Assembly (NCBI GenBank): GCA_035561075.1
Contig: DATMYF010000109.1
Span: forward strand, 17,409 to 81,408
Length of the DNA: 64,000 bases
Direction of reading: 5' to 3'
Source of the DNA: Bryobacteraceae bacterium
GTDB taxonomy: Bacteria; Acidobacteriota; Terriglobia; Bryobacterales; Bryobacteraceae
Positions 59,265 to 64,000 of the stretch are shown piece by piece (positions within the stretch are counted from its first letter, which is position 1; each line of letters opens with the position of its first letter). Below the pieces are notes generated by a model. It saw only the letters and a list, made by a program, of their open reading frames with translations. It made no database searches and was not told where the DNA came from. Made by a program: the position numbers and the translations under genes.

Positions 59265-59731
59265 GCCAACATTTTGCGCTGGGATTCGGGCCAGTGCAAT
59301 TCCTAAATCGAGAACCTATCCACGATGAATGCCTAGCTCCGGGTCTGGCTCAATCTACGGCCGGCGTATCGTGGATTGAGCGGTGGTAAATCACCACTGA
59401 CGCCGAAGCGTTTAAATCCAAGTTGACGGTTTGTCGCCATTTCGGACTTGTGCCGTCCCAAACGGCGTTCTGGCATTTTCCGCGCGCCGCAGCCGGTCGC
59501 GTCGACGACCATGCCGGGAGTTGCCGCCAAGATGGCGCTAATCATCCAGTACGGCGGCACGCGCGCCAGGACCGCCCGGACAACGGACGGCTCGACGTAC
59601 GACCTCTTCTTGATCGAATTCACCTGCTCGGGGTTCCTTATCGTCCTCTACGCCGCCGTCTTGCGCGGCGCGAGGATGCCTTTTTGCGGTGCGAAGCCGC
59701 CCTCCGCTTCAGCTGTGCTTGGCCTAGTGCT

Positions 59732-60265
59732 TCACGCTGCCTCCTCCGGCTTCCTGCGCGCGGCCATCTTCGCCCGGAACGCCCGAATGCGCTCGACCAT
59801 CTCCGGGATGGTGATGCCGCGCTGGCCAGCATACCTCCGGATGTTCTGGCAGTCGCTCTTGCGGCCACCGATTCCGCCGCAGACGTACTGGACGCTGGCG
59901 CCGGTGCGCGGCCGCACGATAGTCTTCTGGCAAACCGGGCATTGGATCGGCTGGCGCGGCGGGCGATGCCGCTTGCGGTCGCACTCCTCGCCCGACTGGA
60001 GCAGCGGGACCACGATTCCCGCCATGCTGGGCGGGTCCATCTGCAGATAGAAAGGCTTGGCCCTCCTCCCGCCCTCGAACAGCGTGCTGACGATGTGCAG
60101 GCCCTCCGAGGAGCCGTAAACCGTGGCCATGACCTCTCCGCCGCGTACCACCTCGACAATCACATCCTCCTGGCGGTCCGGATGCACGTGCGGGTGAGCC
60201 TGGACCCGCAGTATGCAGCGGGGCGGGTGTGCGCGTCCTTCGCTATCCTCTGGTTCGGTTCCCAT
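59732..60265 (-). CDS. hypothetical protein with C4 zinc-ribbon-like motif
   Basis: …CPVCQKTIVRPRTGASVQYVCGGIGGRKSDCQ… (C-x2-C…C…C); overlaps the upstream gene by 23 nt. High-GC context, so the coding call is tentative. Confidence 0.35.
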   Translation of the reverse strand: MGTEPEDSEGRAHPPRCILRVQAHPHVHPDRQEDVIVEVVRGGEVMATVYGSSEGLHIVSTLFEGGRRAKPFYLQMDPPSMAGIVVPLLQSGEECDRKRHRPPRQPIQCPVCQKTIVRPRTGASVQYVCGGIGGRKSDCQNIRRYAGQRGITIPEMVERIRAFRAKMAARRKPEEAA

Positions 60266-61025
60266 TCCCGCTTCCTTTCAACGCAACCTTTCGCCAGATC
60301 GTCTGGCGCTTGCCGATGCCTTCGGCCTCCTTCACCAGCTCGCCGCGCTCGTAGAGCGTCGTCATAGCCTGCGCAATCGCCGATCGGACGCGCAGGCGCT
60401 CCTCCCCGTCGATCTGCCGGCCGCCGCTCATCAGGCTGAGCACGTCGTTCACTGTGAACGTGTTATCGAACGTCTGCGTGGCCGCTAACACGAGTTGTCG
60501 CGTCACCTGGACTCGCTCGGTAATCTGCTGCGGTGGTTCGGGCCGCACCTCCGGCGGTAGCGGCGAAGCCACCTCGATGGCTGGCAGGACTGCGCGCAAC
60601 ACCTCCTCCGTGGCCGGATCAGCGGCGAACGGCAGCAGCGCCCGGAGCATTGCGACTCGCCGCTCGATCTGCTGTGCCAGGGCCAGCAGCTGCTCCTGCT
60701 GGCCTTCCTCTCTGGCGACCGCCGCCTCGATACGGTGCTTCAAAGCTTCGATTTTCGGTGTTTCGTGCGCCGGCACCGGTACCACCGGCATTTGCTCGAT
60801 ACGCATCTTTGGTTCTCCTTTCGCCTCTGGCGCCGCGCGCAAGGTGCCGAGTGCGCGCCGAAGGTCGCTCAGGCTGTTCTTCGCGGCCCGGTCCGGGTCG
60901 CTCGACGTTTTGGCTGCGACGAAGTTCTTCCCGTTTGGCAGGCGGTAGACGAGGTGATTGTTCTGGCGAACTAGCACCGCGCCGGATTCCTCCAGCAGCC
61001 GGTCTATTTCGTGCTGTGCATTCAT
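60243..61025 (-). CDS. hypothetical protein, N-terminal HicA-like (YcfA) fold region then coiled coil
   Basis: N-terminus …EIDRLLEESGAVLVRQNNHLVYRLPNGKNFVAAKT… loosely resembles HicA mRNA-interferase toxins; the rest is Ala/Glu/Leu-rich coiled coil. The ORF extends to 61070. Confidence 0.35.
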   Translation of the reverse strand: MNAQHEIDRLLEESGAVLVRQNNHLVYRLPNGKNFVAAKTSSDPDRAAKNSLSDLRRALGTLRAAPEAKGEPKMRIEQMPVVPVPAHETPKIEALKHRIEAAVAREEGQQEQLLALAQQIERRVAMLRALLPFAADPATEEVLRAVLPAIEVASPLPPEVRPEPPQQITERVQVTRQLVLAATQTFDNTFTVNDVLSLMSGGRQIDGEERLRVRSAIAQAMTTLYERGELVKEAEGIGKRQTIWRKVALKGSGNGNRTRG

Positions 61026-61090
61026 AGCGCTGTGCTCACACTCGAATTCAGAGTTCCGCGGGCGCTTCACGGCCGAGAGCCATCGCTCTG

Positions 61091-62059
61091 TCAGCCACTG
61101 CGCCGAGTATTCCGGTGCTTGCGCTTGCTGCCCCGAGCGCGGTCCTCCCTGCTGGCCGGCTTGCGGACGGCTTCAAGGCTCTGCCGGAGTGCGTCCGCGA
61201 TGTCCACCACCGAAGCGCGCTTCGGCTGCTCCTGTTTCGACTTAACCAACACGGCCGAAGCTGCCCGACTGTGGATCAACGCCTGCAGCCGCTCGTCGAA
61301 GGTGTCCTTCAACTTTTCCGGGTCGAACGTCGCCGCCTTTGCATTGATCAGCATCTTCGCGAGCTCCAGTTCCTTGGGCGATACCAGTTGTGGATCGGTC
61401 GGGTATTCGTCGCCCGATCTGACCTCGCTCGCGTGGAAGAGCGTGTGCAGGATCAGCCCGGAGTTGCCCGGGCGGATCGCGGTAGAGTGTTCGCGCCCGT
61501 GCATGGCGAGTTTTCCGAGGGCCACGTACCGGCTTTCCTTCAACGCCGTGTACAGGAGCGCATAGGGCTTCTCGCCGCCAGTGTCGGGAACCACGTAGTA
61601 CGAGGCATCGAGGTAGACCGGGTCGATCTCGCTCAACCGGACGAACTCCGTGATCTCCAACTCCGTCGATGTGCGGGTCCGCAACGCCGCCAGTTCGGCC
61701 GGCGAAACTACGACGTAGCGGCCCTTCTCCAACTCGTAGCCCTTCAGGATGCGGGACTTCTCGATGGCCGCATTCTCGTCCTCGCTGACCGGCTGGTTGT
61801 GGACGCGCATAACCGGTTCCAGCTCCGGGTCCGTGGGGCCGGCGGGACGTGTTGCGCTCGCCGGGAACCGCAGTACATCCGGCTGATCGGAAATCGGCTC
61901 TTCGGGCTCAATCGAGTCCCGACGGCCTTCGGTTGGCACGTCGTTGACACGAAATACCTGGTGGAACCTGGTCCTCTCTCTCCTGGCCGCCGTGTAGAGC
62001 CGCACGGGGATCGTGACCATCCCGAAGCTCAACCTCCCTTGCCAAACAGTCGAGGGCAT
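61091..62059 (-). CDS. ku: Ku protein (NHEJ DNA-end-binding) with internal insertion and basic C-terminal tail
   Basis: N-terminal VWQGRLSFGMVTIPVRLYTA matches the bacterial Ku signature (…WKG.ISFGLV.IPVKLY.A); Ku core …KGYELEKGRYVVV…; Lys/Arg-rich C-terminus. Confidence 0.8.
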   Translation of the reverse strand: MPSTVWQGRLSFGMVTIPVRLYTAARRERTRFHQVFRVNDVPTEGRRDSIEPEEPISDQPDVLRFPASATRPAGPTDPELEPVMRVHNQPVSEDENAAIEKSRILKGYELEKGRYVVVSPAELAALRTRTSTELEITEFVRLSEIDPVYLDASYYVVPDTGGEKPYALLYTALKESRYVALGKLAMHGREHSTAIRPGNSGLILHTLFHASEVRSGDEYPTDPQLVSPKELELAKMLINAKAATFDPEKLKDTFDERLQALIHSRAASAVLVKSKQEQPKRASVVDIADALRQSLEAVRKPASREDRARGSKRKHRNTRRSG

Positions 62060-62530
62060 CACCGTGAGAGAACGCATGTCATTTCCCATCGCGTTCTTCC
62101 CGACGTGCTAATGGGGCGACACTGCCTCGCCCCTCTGGCGTGTGATGCCGCTGCTGCCTCGGCACCTGCTCTTCAATCGAAAGAACAATTCGCCGGGCCT
62201 GTAGCCCCGTGAGCGCGTACTCCAGAACCTCAGCCCTTTTCATAGTCACGGTCTCGTTCCTCCATACAGTTGAACCCTCATCTGATCGCGCTTCACGCAC
62301 CTCTCCCGTCGCCTTGCACACGGTCGAAAGGGCGGGCAATGTGGAGACTACGGGAACGCCCTGGGGGAGAATGGGAGGAGAGAACGGTGGCCCCGGTGGT
62401 ACGGTCTGAGAGACTGCTTGGGTTCCCCTTTAGCGTCTGAACATTGCTCTCCGGATCTGGTTCACGCTGCCTGGATCGATTATGGTACAGTTGAACCAGG
62501 GCGTCAAGCCCTTTGGGAGACGGCACGTTT

Positions 62531-62953
62531 ATGGCGAATGAGCGCAGGATCAATCTTCGGTTTCCTCCGGAGCAGTTCGACCAACTGGATGAAAAACGCT
62601 TCAAAGCGAAAACCACGTTCCAGGACATCGGCGTTCAGCTCTTCGAGCAGTGGCTGTCGGGCGAGCGACTGGTCGAACTGCATCCGATACCGAAGAAGCC
62701 CGCACCCGATCCGCTGCTGGAGAAGATCGCAGTGATCAGGGCCAGCGGAGACAAGGAGATGATCGCTCTGATCCACAAGGCGGTCGATGCTTTTTATGGA
62801 GTCCTCAAGCATTCCCTCACCACAGAAGAGATCGAGCAACTTAAGGCGGCGTCCCATAGTGACGCAGGCGTGGTTGCAAGATATCGCAGGCCTGGAGCTG
62901 TCGGGGAAGACGTTCCGGGCGCGGGCAAAAAGAGAACTCGAAAGAGTGCTTGA
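62531..62953 (+). CDS. ribbon-helix-helix (CopG/MetJ/Arc-type) domain protein
   Basis: Start at MANERRINLRFPPEQFDQLDEKRFKAKTTFQDIGVQLFEQWL, a beta-strand then two helices as in RHH proteins. The 3' end is probably wrong because of an apparent frameshift around 62860-62900. Confidence 0.45.
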   Translation: MANERRINLRFPPEQFDQLDEKRFKAKTTFQDIGVQLFEQWLSGERLVELHPIPKKPAPDPLLEKIAVIRASGDKEMIALIHKAVDAFYGVLKHSLTTEEIEQLKAASHSDAGVVARYRRPGAVGEDVPGAGKKRTRKSA

Positions 62954-63251
62954 GGCGATTGCCGCGGGTGCACTTATCGAGCCCGGGCCACACAGGCTTC
63001 GCATCAGGATGAAGGTCCGGGGCATTCCCTCACCTGTGACCAACCCGCGCGCGGTGGAGCGACCGCCGATGGTGACTCAAAGCTGGCTGCAATCTATTGC
63101 TTTCCTGGATGAATTTGGGAAAGCCAACCTGGCCAAGGCTAGGAAGGAACGCGAAAAAGTGCTCAAGGCGATTGATGCCGGCGCGCCGGTCGAGCCTGGG
63201 AAGTACAAGGTTCGCATCAAGACGCGGTGGCGGCGCCGTAAGATTGCCTAG
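62787..63251 (+). CDS. hypothetical protein with two tandem ~57-aa repeats (VTQ.WLQ.IA…KA..E.E.VL.AI.AGA..EPG….IK)
   Basis: Repeat 1 is …RRPIVTQAWLQDIAGLELSGKTFRARAKRELERVLEAIAAGALIEPGPHRLRIRMK. Repeat 2 is …ERPPMVTQSWLQSIAFLDEFGKANLAKARKEREKVLKAIDAGAPVEPGKYKVRIKTR. Confidence 0.4.
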   Translation: MLFMESSSIPSPQKRSSNLRRRPIVTQAWLQDIAGLELSGKTFRARAKRELERVLEAIAAGALIEPGPHRLRIRMKVRGIPSPVTNPRAVERPPMVTQSWLQSIAFLDEFGKANLAKARKEREKVLKAIDAGAPVEPGKYKVRIKTRWRRRKIA

Positions 63252-64000
63252 CCACAGCCCTCTAGACCCGCATTGCACTCGTCTGTGGCGTTCGGCGACG
63301 CGCGCACGGTCGGGCTCTTCGTCGAATCCCAGTGGTACTCCGAAGTCGCTTGCAAGCTGAGGGGGTGACCACTCACGACCGGCGTGTACACGTACTCCGT
63401 TCGGCTCTCCACACCTGCCCCGGCTACCTCCCGCGATTTCACTGCCGCTCGGTATCCCTGCACTGCCGCCGTGAAATAGGCATTGGTTTCCTGCCCCGGG
63501 GCCGAAGGAAACTCGTACGTCATCGCCGTGGTCCGCACGGGCGCCAGTCCCCCCACGATGCCGTTCGGCATCCCCATTGCGTTTCGTGGAATCGCGGCCA
63601 GCCCGCCAAGGAACGGCCCGACCGTCGCCAGGATGCATTTGCGTTCGGCGCCTAACGGGAACGTCCCGTCTGTGTGTCCCCTGGCTTCCCCCCTGGGTTC
63701 CCCTGGGTTCCGGGCATGCCGTCATCCTCCCGCCGGCCGAGCCGGCGCCGTTTCGCCCAAGATTACTCCAGTTTCCCGTGGCTGAGTTTTCGGGTTTTGG
63801 GTCAGAATCATTTACTGATTCTTCCGTACAGTGCTTGATCTGATTCGCGCCGCACATCTTCTGGAAGCTGACTCCAGTAGAATTCCACAAATGTCCTCGG
63901 TTGATTGCCACGAGCGGGCACTGGCATCACCAACTCGATTTCCACTCGCAAGAACCACTCGCGAGTCACGTGGTTCAAAGGAACACTGAACAACAGATCC

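Noticed and set aside
59423-60367. 314-aa + strand ORF and overlapping 59448-60050 ORF
   Set aside because: Arg-rich low-complexity run-on; the region is better explained by the minus-strand Zn-ribbon ORF, although that one is itself of low confidence.
63030-63911. 293-aa minus-strand ORF at the window end
   Set aside because: Gly/Arg-rich with no domain signal; likely non-coding or antisense. A shorter 109-aa minus ORF (63248-63577) looks slightly more protein-like but is unsupported.

Overview
High-GC (~60-65%) bacterial chromosome segment. The gene content suggests an Acidobacteria-like organism (by inference only: several ~1200-aa CarboxypepD_reg/TonB-like receptors, Tat-exported sulfatase, many signal-peptide proteins). 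The first ~38 kb is conserved core: ECF sigma with a mini ZAS anti-sigma, a heme late-step cluster hemE-hemH-hemY, apbE, the rimP-nusA-infB-DUF503-rbfA operon, an Mla-like lipid-transport operon, PLP enzymes, a sulfatase, tRNA-Met, FtsX/MacB-like permeases, udk, a TonB-like receptor, an SPFH/RHH/DUF3592/OMP cluster and an AAA ATPase. From ~39 kb the window becomes accessory. There is an Rhs/YD-repeat polymorphic toxin locus: a 1647-aa secreted Rhs with its C-terminal toxin and immunity gene, followed by two 5'-truncated orphan Rhs-CT/immunity cassettes. All three candidate immunity proteins are small polytopic membrane proteins. Upstream of it sit a secreted Ig-repeat protein and two paralogous secreted proteins carrying a phage tail-fibre S74 intramolecular-chaperone domain. 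Next comes a tyrosine integrase and a lambda-like head-only morphogenesis module (gpW, portal gpB, protease gpC, decoration gpD, major capsid gpE and three small genes) with no terminase and no tail genes. The window ends with a Ku-containing three-gene operon and an RHH/tandem-repeat gene pair with an apparent frameshift. No CRISPR array or rRNA was seen. Many long antisense ORFs in the six-frame track are high-GC artefacts.
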